This document shows, piece by piece, positions 48,985-59,924 of a stretch of 64,000 bases of DNA; within the stretch, counting starts at the first letter, position 1, and each line of letters begins with the position of its first letter. The DNA is taken from assembly GCA_964036045.1 (NCBI GenBank), contig OZ038378.1, forward strand, positions 182,466,001 to 182,530,000. Direction: 5' to 3'. The position numbers and the translations under genes are program-made. Source of the DNA: Eutreptiella sp. 'Long Island Sound 2002'. Lineage: Eukaryota; Protista; Euglenida. The notes under the pieces are model-generated. The model saw only the letters and a list, made by a program, of their open reading frames with translations. It was not told the origin of the DNA and ran no database searches.

Positions 48985-49383
48985 CAGGGGGGGGGGGGGC
49001 TTCGTCAGGTGACAGGTTCGTGGGCAGAACTTCGTTTTTTCAGTTTGGTATCGAAATTCTCCCCACAAATTTTTTTGCGCAATTTGGGGCTCTTCCTGCT
49101 CTTTGTGCATCCTCAATGCCCATCCAGTTTTCGGGACTATGAAAATGCTGCCCGGGTACAGTTTTTTTCGCAAATTCGTCAGGAGGGGGGCCCAATGGAT
49201 AAAAAGTCAATTTCACTTGCCAAAGTTTCACACAATTGATTGTCCACAAGGGACCAAGGGTTGGGGGTGTCAAAGTTTCCAATGTCTGATGGCCCTGCAC
49301 CAAAATTGGAGGTGTGTCGAAATTTTCCCCTCACGAAATTTTCCCGCCGAGATTGCTCCCAGACGAAGCTTCCCTCCCCCCTG
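48985..49383. mobile_element. Tc1/mariner-type MITE (399 bp)
   Basis: Imperfect TIR CAGGGG...GCTTCGTC / GACGAAGC...CCCCTG with TA on both sides (48983-48984, 49384-49385). Confidence 0.7.
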
Positions 49384-51029
49384 TAGGGAGTACATTTTTT
49401 TTTGCAGCAGTTGTTGGCCTTCTTTTACGAACCATCCATACGATTGATATCCGCATCCGCATCCTATCGGTTTGTACCACATGCAGCCTTCGTTGCATAT
49501 TTGGACATCTCAAAAACCTACCATTGGATTGAAAGGTGGTGGCAATTTGTCCAATCACCTGGCCATGCTATTTTAGCATATTCCAGTACTTGCAAGTCTT
49601 GCAAAAGCAATTATCCCTCCATTTGCTTTGCTCTTTTTCAAAATATTTCTGTCGCAAACGGTGGTTTCTTGCTTTACTCAGATGGGATGCGGCACGGTGA
49701 GGAACGGTTGTATTGCAGTGGTAGCATGTTGCTTTGCCTGTGTCTTGTAAAACTAAGAGCAAGCGAGTGCCACCCAATTGTGTTTTGAGTGGGGTTCAGC
49801 CGAGCGCTTTCCCCATCTGTGGACAAGGGGGAGGGATGTCATGCATGACAGACGCTCAATCATGCCAGGTTGAGATTCCTCCTGCCCAGGGAATTCGAAA
49901 GTGGCAGTTCAGAATCAGTGCGCTGAGAGGATTCAGCAGGATCATCACCCGGTTTTTTTTCGCGCATTTTTCAGAAAAAGGGCGAATTCCTGGGACGATT
50001 TCCTATTGGACACCCGAAAACGACTGATTTGGTTGTACAGTGCAGTCGACCTCTCAAACACTCTTCTGCCCCCCCCCCCCCCACTCCCTCGCAGCACTGC
50101 TTGCTACTGCTTCCCCATTGTCAATCCCTCGACACACGGCTCGTCCCGGGTCCTTTTTGTCATCGTTGAACCTCGAATTTATGTGTGACACAAGCTCCTC
50201 TAACAAGGAGCCGGATGTGGGCAGTGACGACAAAATGGGTTCCACCATTTCTTGGGCCGCCAGTTCTGATGGTTTCAGTGCCGATGTCAGTCGATCAGAA
50301 CCAGCTATTGCTCCCTCTCTCCTCGCAGCCAAATCTTCGCTTAGTCACCTTAATTAACCCCCCCCCCCCCCACGCCACCCAGTCCAAGAGGCCAAGCAGG
50401 TTGCAATCCTGCCAACAGAACACCCATAGCCTCAGCAATGCTTGGATCTGATCTCAGTTCCCCTGTCAAAGTGAGCGGACAAAGGCCACAGTGCAGTTCA
50501 TGTTGTGCAAAATCCTGTGTGTTGAGTTGGGTTGTGGCGAAAAGATTGATTGCTGGGGATTTAGGAGGAGCGTCAGCACGCACTAGGGACCCGATACGGC
50601 AGGGGTTGTTAGCCAAAATGCACTAGCACACAATCATGGGCCCTTCTGGAGGACTAATTGGTTCTTCTACATTTTTCCTATCGATGGAAAAACATTTTAT
50701 GCATGTGAATGCGCAGGTTTGAACAAAACAGCATGTTTTCCCCCATCAAGCTTGACTACAAATGTCCAATGTTGCTTATTTTATGATGGATCCTTGGACT
50801 TTGATTGAAAGTCTTTGTTGACCCTTGGCCCGTCCGGGCCAAGATAGAGATAATGCTGGGATAACATTCAATTGGGGCTAGACCAACCAAAACTCTTAGC
50901 TATTATTTTGGACCAGTACCAAATTGTGGGTGTAGTTGTCGCTGCTGGAGCTGTTCTTGTTGGGAATGTGTTGCAAATGCAGTGAAACGAGTGTCATCTT
51001 TGGTCTGGGTGACGCCGTTCTTCTGCTCG

Positions 51030-51032
<3 letters not shown>

Positions 51033-51072
<40 letters not shown>

Positions 51073-51080
51073 TCCCACAG
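51033..51080 (+). promoter_or_regulatory. (CT)n polypyrimidine tract plus CAG splice acceptor upstream of the PC-esterase-like gene
   Basis: (CT)n followed by GCTCCCACAG ending at 51080, 65 nt upstream of the likely ATG. Confidence 0.55.
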
Positions 51081-51145
51081 GACACTGGTCACATGTTCAT
51101 GACGCTGCGAACACATTGACTGGTGCATGTTCACTGCATTTCTCT

Positions 51146-52660
51146 ATGGCCCAAATGTCACTGTGGCAATATGCTCTAGGGATCCTGATCTGTGTCGCGG
51201 AAGTTGACAATCTGATCATGTGTGGCCTTGAACAGACATACACGAAGCTGCCGGGGTTTTACGTGCAATCCAAATTGCATGTGTCACAGAACGAACCAAT
51301 AAAATTCGAGGTCATTCCTCGGAAGAAGGTGGACAAGGGAGACACGTTCCGCTGCCACCTTGTGGGCCCTGCCAGGGTCAGCCTTGATGCCGCCTATCAT
51401 TCGGAGTTGAAGCGCCACATCTTCACGGCGCAGCTGCAGGATGTTGGGCGCTACGAGGGCCACGTGTTCTGGATGTACAGCCACCACGGCGCCATGTATG
51501 ACCCAGGGCCTGGCAAAAGACACTTCCAAGGGAAGTTAGTGGCGACCTTCACTCTGTCGGTGACCGCCTCCCCTAGGGCCACTGCAACCGCAAGGCTGCC
51601 CAACTGCTCCATGGGGCAATCCCTCGCTCCTGGCCGATGGGTGCTGAGCAATCGCACCTCGGGACACCCTCCGCAGTCAGCGATGGATGCGTATCAATCC
51701 CGTATCATTGCACATGACCCGTATCGCTGGGCCCCCACTCACTGTTTCCCAACTTGGTTGACCTGCCTCCAGGTGCTGCAGGGGTTACAGTCCTTGCGGA
51801 TCCGACGGGTCACGTTCCTGGGGGACTCGCAGCTGCGCACCCAGTTCTTCGATGTCATAGGGATGATGTCCAGTTTGCCGGGGGCGATGGGGGCTCAGCG
51901 CCGGCCTGGGGAGCCGCGTGAGTCCGACCACGCGCGCCTGCACCACTACACCCGTGTCTCGCGGCATGGCATCATGTTCCAATACGCGTACTTGCCCGAC
52001 CCCCAGAAGCGCTCTCTGCGCGACGGGGCGGTGTTGACGCCGACGCTCGACGTAGATCCCGACGGCACGAATGCGATGTTCCGGGAGATCCTGGAGCGCC
52101 TGGTGCAGCCCTGTCCCATGCCCTCGGAGCCTACTTCTAACCCACACCCGAAACAGGAAAACAATGCGGTTGACGTCGTGGTCCTCACACTTGGGACCGG
52201 GCACTACGCCCGGGAACGTCAGGGCAACACCTCGAACGTCCACGCGGCCTTGTTTCCGGTACGATACCTGAAGGAGCGATGCGACGCACGTACGACAGTG
52301 CTGGTGATGCAGTCAGCAATGGCCACGCAGGACCTGTGCCTCGCTCAGCCGGACCGCCGGGATTTAGCCCTGAATGACTACCAAATGATGCACCTGAACG
52401 AGGTGCTGCGGGGGTACGCGCAGCGGGAGGGCGTCCCCTTCAGCGACGCCCATGCCCTGACGCAGGCTCGCGGGGACAGCACAATCGACGGGGTGCACTT
52501 CCATGGGCCACAGGAGCCGATAGGGAAAGTGGCACCGCTCGCGGCAGCCGCCGGGAACGCCGTGTCGCTCACTGCGTCGGTGTATCTTATGGAGTCCATC
52601 CTTCGCAATGTGCAAAAGCGGTGTGACATGATGCCGCAGGCCGTACGGTGCACGCCATAG
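51146..52660 (+). CDS. PC-esterase/NXPE-like SGNH protein (N-terminal hydrophobic segment, Ig/filamin-like region, GDS...DGVH), ~504 aa
   Basis: MAQMSLWQYALGILICVA; GDTFRCHLVGP...GRYEGHV; LPNC...GRWV...YRWAPTHC; RVTFLGDSQLR; DVVVLTLGTGH; DGVHF. The ORF is open back to 50936, but that part runs through a microsatellite. Confidence 0.82.
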   Translation: MAQMSLWQYALGILICVAEVDNLIMCGLEQTYTKLPGFYVQSKLHVSQNEPIKFEVIPRKKVDKGDTFRCHLVGPARVSLDAAYHSELKRHIFTAQLQDVGRYEGHVFWMYSHHGAMYDPGPGKRHFQGKLVATFTLSVTASPRATATARLPNCSMGQSLAPGRWVLSNRTSGHPPQSAMDAYQSRIIAHDPYRWAPTHCFPTWLTCLQVLQGLQSLRIRRVTFLGDSQLRTQFFDVIGMMSSLPGAMGAQRRPGEPRESDHARLHHYTRVSRHGIMFQYAYLPDPQKRSLRDGAVLTPTLDVDPDGTNAMFREILERLVQPCPMPSEPTSNPHPKQENNAVDVVVLTLGTGHYARERQGNTSNVHAALFPVRYLKERCDARTTVLVMQSAMATQDLCLAQPDRRDLALNDYQMMHLNEVLRGYAQREGVPFSDAHALTQARGDSTIDGVHFHGPQEPIGKVAPLAAAAGNAVSLTASVYLMESILRNVQKRCDMMPQAVRCTP

Positions 52661-55600
52661 CGTGTCCCCAAGGTTAGAAGGGGGAACCGACTTCAGCATC
52701 TGGAAAAAGGGAGCACTGCCTGAAGGAGGAGTGAGTGACGGCAGAAACAGGGGTCCACAGGGATCGAGGGAGTGGCAGAGTAGGACGGGGTATGGCAATT
52801 GTCATCAATGGAATTGCCTAGCACAGCCAGTGCGGATGGAGATATGACTACACAAGACATGTAGACATAGTGTATTACACGAGTAGCAATTACTGTATCG
52901 GACTGTTTCCTAAGCTGCGAAAGTGTACCATGTGTGTATTCCAACTGTCAAAACTTTGTATCACATGTGTCCCACAGCCGTTTCTGCTTATGCGGTTCGT
53001 TCCCCAGCCCCTTGCAGCTTTCTCCCAGGCACTATGTAGCAATTATCTTTGAATCTTCAGAATCTTTGTTGATATGGCACGTGTCTTGTGAGGGAACAGC
53101 CAAGATCATGTGCATCCCAAATTTCAAAGGTGTGTATCATGTGTGAATCGCCCCCCCAAAAGTATGCACTCCGTGCTGGACTATGTATTCATCAAGTTCC
53201 GAATATGCATTCATCCATCCTTGCCGCAAACAGCACTAGGAATGGCACAAGACTGGAAGGGCTGAAGAGTACTGCTGATTGCATAGACTGGACAGGCGGC
53301 CTCAGCTATACTAGATACCAAAGTCGACAATCACCGTGCAATCTCATCACCAAAAATGTTGCTTCCCGATGCATCACAGAGTGTACTAAACGCAAACCGA
53401 TTTCCGAATCCACCTGGTCCATGCGCCTACTGTGCCTTAGACAGTACCCAATGCCCTTTGCGTGTCACCAAGGATGGGGAGCGGGGGGGCTCTTATGACC
53501 CTGCAGTTCAATATCAGCGGGCCTGATTAATATTGATCCCGCAGAGTTACGCTGTGAAACGTGCTATGCTGGTGGTACTACTGCAGTTCAGAAGGATGTA
53601 TAGGAGAGGCCCAAAATCATGAATCCATGGGACACTGCGGTGTGTCAAGGAGGTTTGCATTCGAACCCCCCTGTACACGGCCACAGAACCCCCACGGCTG
53701 ATGATGATGATTTATTGCTAATATTGAATGTGTATCATCGCGCCGGCATGGATTGGCTGAAGAAATGCAATTCCTGGGGGACCTCCGACAACCCCTGGGG
53801 GACCCTTGGCACGTTGGGTGATCCTTTGGTGACAATGGGAGAACGTCTAAACCCATGGGGAGCCATGCTGCTGATGGATCTGATACATGATTGCAGAATC
53901 AGGCACTTGGGGGTTCATTGCTCGGGGTGGCCAAACGTTTCTTAGATAGGTGGATCTAGTTGATTGTGCTTGAAGATGTGGCAAAAAGAGACCCTTTTGG
54001 TCAATTCCGGCCAGTATTCTTGGCTTATTCTGGCCAAACTATGTGAGAAACATGTTTGTGATGTACAACCAATTATTATTGGCTGGGAAGAAAGCCCCTT
54101 CTCCTGTTAGTGGTCTGTGATCGCGGCGTTTTGCGCGCGGGCGCCGTCATTTGTCGTGCTCCAAAAATCTAAGGATTTTATGCCTTATCTGCAAAAAAAA
54201 AAAAGAACAATTTTGAGATGCATGAATACAATGAAGGCCGACTGTTGTGCTGCTTCCGGCCGTGTGTGGTCACAATTTTCTGGTGTTGCCTTGCGATTTT
54301 CCCACGCAAGCACTTATACACTTGATTAGCACCCCTCACCTGAAACAGCGTTCACAGCCCTGTAACTCTTAAATCTCCAACCCCAAAAAAAGATCTGCAT
54401 GCCCCCACACACCCGAAGTCTGAGTTGTGATGACAATGTTACCAAGTCCATGGCAGACAGCGACCTTTTCCACCTCAGTATTGACTTCTTTCCTCGGTAT
54501 TGCTTTCTCTGTGCATGGCACGCTGCTGTTTTCACTCAGCTTCAGTCTTTCTTGTGCTCCAGTCGCACACTGGGATGCCTACTGGCACGGCAGGTCCCAC
54601 TGCATTTCCTGGTATCAGAATCAGCTTATCCTCACTATGTGTCATGTCCGCTACCACACCACCTATCGTAGCATTCGACAGCTCTGATCCTTGATTTCGA
54701 GAGATATCTCGAGTGCCTTCTGGTGAGCGGGCTTCGCCAGCTTGCCATGGCCTGAACCCCCAAACAAATACACCCGATTAGCACTCCTCCAAAAGTCTTA
54801 TGTAGAGGGGAGAGTTTTTGCGCTCTTTTGGCCCAACAAAATGTGGTGTTTTTGGGCATCTTCACTTGGTTTCACCGATGCTCTTTGCATATTTTGCCCA
54901 AAAAAACGGGAAAAGGGGGGAAGGCCCTCCCCACTTGTAGAGAAGTTATAAATCTTCTCTACCAGGGCGTTTTTGCCCTTTTCTACGCTTGCTCAGCCCC
55001 TTTCATCAACTCTTGCTGAGTGAAACAAGGTGTGACGAAGTGATTTGCAATGCTCTCATCTTAAACGTTGAGTCTTTGTCACTTTGTGGACCGGAAGCAC
55101 ATGCCACACCGTTGTCTCGTGCATCAAGTGTTGAAGGTGCAAACCAATGACTCAATTTTCCATTGGTATTGTCGGGTCTTCAAAGCATTCAAGTGGAAGT
55201 GAGTCAACACTGAAAAAACAAGCCGGCGACATTGAAATGGGTTGGGTTATCTTGGATCATTTTCATCCCATGTTCGCGGTTCATTTGCTTCTGTTTTTGT
55301 CGCCAGCAAAATTCGTAGATCTTTCATAATCTGCACTGGCGGAAGCGCGCCACAGGCGCGCCGGCGCGACAACCGCATTCATTTTTGGCCGACATCAGCC
55401 AAGATTGTTCAAGGGATGCAATCTTTCACGGGACATGCATTAACAAGTCCAGTAGGACGGCGGATTCGAAAATTATTATCCAGCTCGCCATTGATGGCTG
55501 ATACTGTCCAACCAAAACCTTGAAACAAAATGTGGTCCCTGTCTTTAAGGTGCCCAAAACACCGAGGCCCTGGGTATTATCGATAAAAAGCATACGTTAA

Positions 55601-56754
55601 GTGGTCCTACATCGTTACCCCAATGTCCTTTAATATGAGCAATATGGCAGAACCATACTTATTTTGTGTATTGGAGAGGCACATTCAGAGAAAACAGGCA
55701 AAAACTGTTGACCTGATTTGGCCTCTCTTGGGCTTATTTGGCCGCATCTCAAGTAGGGGGGGGGGGGGGGGTAGGACCTCAAAAGGCTACACATGGGCTT
55801 TTGGTCATTTTCCAACCTGCCACGAGGCCCCTTGGAGGCACAGATACAACTCATCATGCATCAACACCTCCAATAAGGCTCCAGTGATCTGAGTCACAAC
55901 AGTATGCGGACTCTCAATGTGGGCCTCCATTTGGTCATCATTGGAGATTGATGTGCACGCCTACAACATGCAAGGTTGTGTCATGTAGAAGAAGCGATGC
56001 AGAACCAAGTAGTCAGGGCTAGTGATGTTTGCCGGGTCATCACAAGAGGAACAGGTATCTGGAACAATAGAGGCACTTGGGTGGTACAATGTGCTCGTCA
56101 GTCCACACAGTTGATTGGTGAGTGGCACCAAGAAAAGCCGCATGGCGCATACAGCTTGTTGCACCCACAACAGATAGCGGTGTGCTCCCTGCAAGGACGC
56201 AAGGCGAGCCGCTTCCTACACCCGCTGCAACTACAAGCCATTTTCAAGTCAGCTGAGGCATGTCTGGCTGGCACGCAGGCCGCCCGCAAAGAGCTTCAAG
56301 AAGCGGTTCACTGGGGGATACATACCCATGGCACATTGAATTTTGTGTCGGGGGGGGGGGGGGCAGCCGGGCCCGGTCCTTGTATGCGCCCCCCCCCCCC
56401 CCCCAAACACCCCCCTGACCCCCCCCCAGCGGCCCCCCGACCCCCCCCCGATTTTTTCAGATAGCTGGGGGATGGGTCGCAGCAGGACCGGGTCTAGCCG
56501 CCCTCCCGGGTAGCACCCTTCGGAGGGCCCTCATTCAAAGTAGGGGAGACGAAAGAATGGGTGTTAGCCATCATTTAGTAGAGGGGGGGGGGGGGGGGGG
56601 GGGCAGGTGGCGGCGGGGGGGGGGTGGCCACCTCAGAACACCTTTCCTTCCCTTCGCAAACCGAATTTGGGCCATCGTCCCGGCCTCCCGACATGCGCTA
56701 TAACAAGCCCATCCGCAGCGTTTTCCATTGCCGTGCCTGAAAGTTGAAGCCAGC

Positions 56755-58026
56755 ATGGACGACGCAGCAGTCGTTGCGCATTTGTGTGGGCTGGAGGTCC
56801 TCGGCGGTCCACGGTGGCATGACATGCCCGCGGGGGGTCTGCGCCGGGCCCTGGCAGCACAGGGCCTGCGAGTCGGCGAGGACCGCATCAAACGGCTGAA
56901 GCGCGAGGCTGTGGCTGCCTGTGGAGCCGCTGCAACCCGTTCGGCGTCGCCCCCTCCGGCGTCGCCTACGCCGGGGGTCGAGGGCGCCAACAACGTGGGC
57001 CTTGGTGCGCTGCGGGCCCATTTGGAGGCGCGTGGTCAGCTGCTGCCCCCGGGGCTGCTTGCGACGCTTGCGGCGTTGCAAAAGGAGTGGGCTCTGGAGG
57101 CGACCATGCGCCAGTGGACAGCCCAAGGGGCCCGGGCGGCAGGCGGTGTTGCACCGCTCTGCAGCCCCACGTTCAAGCGCAGGTCCGTGGACACGGCAAT
57201 GCGGCACGCCGCGCAGCTCGAGCGCATGCCCCAGGGCTGGGCCCCAGGCTGCGTGCTGTACGGTGACTCCATGTTTGAGCGCATGGTCACGAAATTCCGC
57301 GGGAGATTCGCCGCGGCGCTGGGTCACCCGCAGTCCGCCTTCATCCACGCGGTGGGGGGCGACGGGGTGGAGCACTTGCGCTGCCGGCTCTGCATGACGC
57401 ACGACGCGCTGTTTGCGGGCGCCGCGGAGTACGTTGTGATGATCGGAGTGAACAATCTGCTGGGGGGACGTCGCGCGCACGGCGTTGAGGCGGAGGGCGA
57501 GCAGCGCGATCCGGTGGAGGTCGCGGCCGCCATTGCCGGTCTCGTGGCGGACATCAACGCCTCGGCCCCATCCGCGCAGGTTTTCGTCTGCCACGTGCTG
57601 CACGTGTTTGGCTCGGGCGAGCTCGATCCCGGTCCCATCAATGCGAGAGTCGATGCCCTGAACGCCTGTCTCGATTCGCTGCTTAAGTGCCGGACTGTGC
57701 ACACGCGAATCCCCCACACCAGGCAGCACTATGACAGCGATGGGCTGCATTTGTCTTCATCCGGGTACGCCTGCCTCGTGGCCCAGCTGCAGGAGGCCGT
57801 CCCAACGCTGCAGGCACAGCCGTTGCAGGCCAGGGAACCTGCAGCCTCGGCAGCCCTCTTAGCAGGGCTGGGAGGGGCCGCCCCACCGCATGACCGGACT
57901 GCAGAGGGCCGGGGACAGGGGGGCTACGCCGGTGGGGGTAGGCGGGCGAAAGGCCGCAAAGGAGGCGCAAAGAGTGGAAATATTGTGAGCCCCAAGCGAC
58001 TAGTGCAGCAGCACAGTGCGACATGA
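56755..58026 (+). CDS. SGNH/GDSL hydrolase (PAF-acetylhydrolase Ib-like) with N-terminal helical domain, ~423 aa, intronless, GC-rich
   Basis: All four SGNH blocks are present: VLYGDSM, AVGGDGVEHL..RL, VVMIGVNN and DGLHLSSSGY. Confidence 0.88.
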   Translation: MDDAAVVAHLCGLEVLGGPRWHDMPAGGLRRALAAQGLRVGEDRIKRLKREAVAACGAAATRSASPPPASPTPGVEGANNVGLGALRAHLEARGQLLPPGLLATLAALQKEWALEATMRQWTAQGARAAGGVAPLCSPTFKRRSVDTAMRHAAQLERMPQGWAPGCVLYGDSMFERMVTKFRGRFAAALGHPQSAFIHAVGGDGVEHLRCRLCMTHDALFAGAAEYVVMIGVNNLLGGRRAHGVEAEGEQRDPVEVAAAIAGLVADINASAPSAQVFVCHVLHVFGSGELDPGPINARVDALNACLDSLLKCRTVHTRIPHTRQHYDSDGLHLSSSGYACLVAQLQEAVPTLQAQPLQAREPAASAALLAGLGGAAPPHDRTAEGRGQGGYAGGGRRAKGRKGGAKSGNIVSPKRLVQQHSAT

Positions 58027-58284
58027 GACCTGGTCCAGCTATGTGTTGCCACGCTTCTTAGCAGCCCTGTCGGTCTGCATGTTTTCAATGGACACCTGGT
58101 GCCGGAGTGTGTCATTGCAGTCTGTGGCCGAATCAAAAGGATACAGCTTGTGCCTGGGGGGGCTACTTCACGTGCAATATCTGTGCTACGTCCTCTCTTT
58201 CAGTCTTGGCCTCTAAAGAGGAGACAGGTATTGCCCAAACCATGTGGTGTTTGGAGCCACAACACCTAAAAATCCCGTAACAGT

Positions 58285-58286
<2 letters not shown>

Positions 58287-58319
<33 letters not shown>
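58287..58319. repeat. (GA)n microsatellite
   Basis: Direct reading. Confidence 0.95.
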
Positions 58320-58322
<3 letters not shown>

Positions 58323-59924
58323 TCTCGGATATTCGAAGAATTTTAGCTGTTGCAGTAACTGCCTGGCACAGGCAGAATGCCAGATTAGAACAACTGACAT
58401 TACCCTGAGGTTCCAGCCACCTCCTGGAAACGTTTGTGATGCAGAGCTTGCAGTCAAGCCTACTGACAAACCTACTGCTCTAGCATCAGCAATAAGCATT
58501 CCACCCGCAGTACCTCTGACAATTCATTGTGATTTTGTTGCGCTCACTGTGTTTCTTTTCAAATTCCTGCATACCATCTTGACATGCAGTAATCTTGTTT
58601 TGTGGCTCCTGTAATTTCCTTTCGCTTTCACAATCCCCCACCCTTTTTGCTATGCGGCGTGAACCGGGCTAACTGGGAAAACCGGGAGCATGGGTGGGGT
58701 GGGGTGGGGGGGCGGGGTCCTCCGTGAGTCAATCCCAGGATCGGGGATCTGTGATTGGCCATGCCTGACAATGCTACCAGGGCAGCTTCTCTTTGAGGAG
58801 TGGCACAGCACCGCACATACTGCGAACAATGCCCCTGTCTGACCAACACTACAATTTTTGGAGGTGGCCAGGCGGGCCTTGCTCGACCCTGCCTCTATGC
58901 TGATCCCAGTACGCACACCGTGCAGGACCTAACAAGGCTGACCTGCTTCCACAATTTTTGGAGGTCGGGGGTTTGAACTCGACTAGCACCAGAGGCTTGG
59001 GCTGCAGTGGGGGTCCTGTCCACCATGGAGGACCACATATGCATCATGCCCTCCTGGAAAATCCGCAGAGCACTCTGGCACCGCAGGGCACTACCAAGCT
59101 CCCCCTAAGCAAAAAAGGCCAGAATGCTTCGGCAACTTTTGGAGGCGCTGACCCCTGTACCCACAGCTTAATTGGTCACTTTGCTTCGGCAACTTTTGGA
59201 ACCATGGAATTTGGTGGCCCCATTTTCCGGTTGTCTGTGAAGATCAAGTTTTTTCTGTGAATGCAGGCTTGGGATTGTATTTTGGGGATGCTGATTACTG
59301 TCCTGCCAGTTGTTGCCACATGTCTGGTGGTTCAGGCATACAAGTCATCATACATGGAACATGGACTGGGGGCGGAGGTAGTGCCACTGCTTGTGTCGTT
59401 TCACAATGCGTGCAAACAACACCTTTGTTAGAACACGAGGCCAGGTGGAACAAGATCCTCGAAGAGTTTTAGAGTACTGCCAAAATAAAAGCGCTTTAGG
59501 AGGCGCAAAAAACCTACAAAACTCATTTGAGGGGTGCGTGCCAAACACAAGCCGAGGAAGTATCCAATTTTCCGGATACCTCCGGATACCTCATTTTTCC
59601 ACCGGATATTTGGATACTAACCTTTTTTATTAACGTTCCTATACGGAAATTGGTGACTCCCAAGAAAAATGGGGATGAACCAAAATGTGTCCCATTCCCC
59701 TCCGTTTTTCCATAAGGTTTGTTCCCTCATGGTCACCAAATTTTGTTTGATGTTGTAGTGGGAAGCGGCATTTTCTGTGACTCAGGTACCTCTAGACCAC
59801 TTGGAATACAATTTTGTGTCGGTGTCATACGTTGGTGTTTGTTGCTATTGTTACTTGATCTTTCTCAATCTCTGCTATTGTTTGTGGTGGAACATGCGCC
59901 TGAAGGTTTGAGGTTTGAGGTTTC

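Noticed and set aside
56698-57750. 350-aa minus-strand ORF
   Set aside because: Antisense shadow of the SGNH hydrolase, which carries the conserved motifs.
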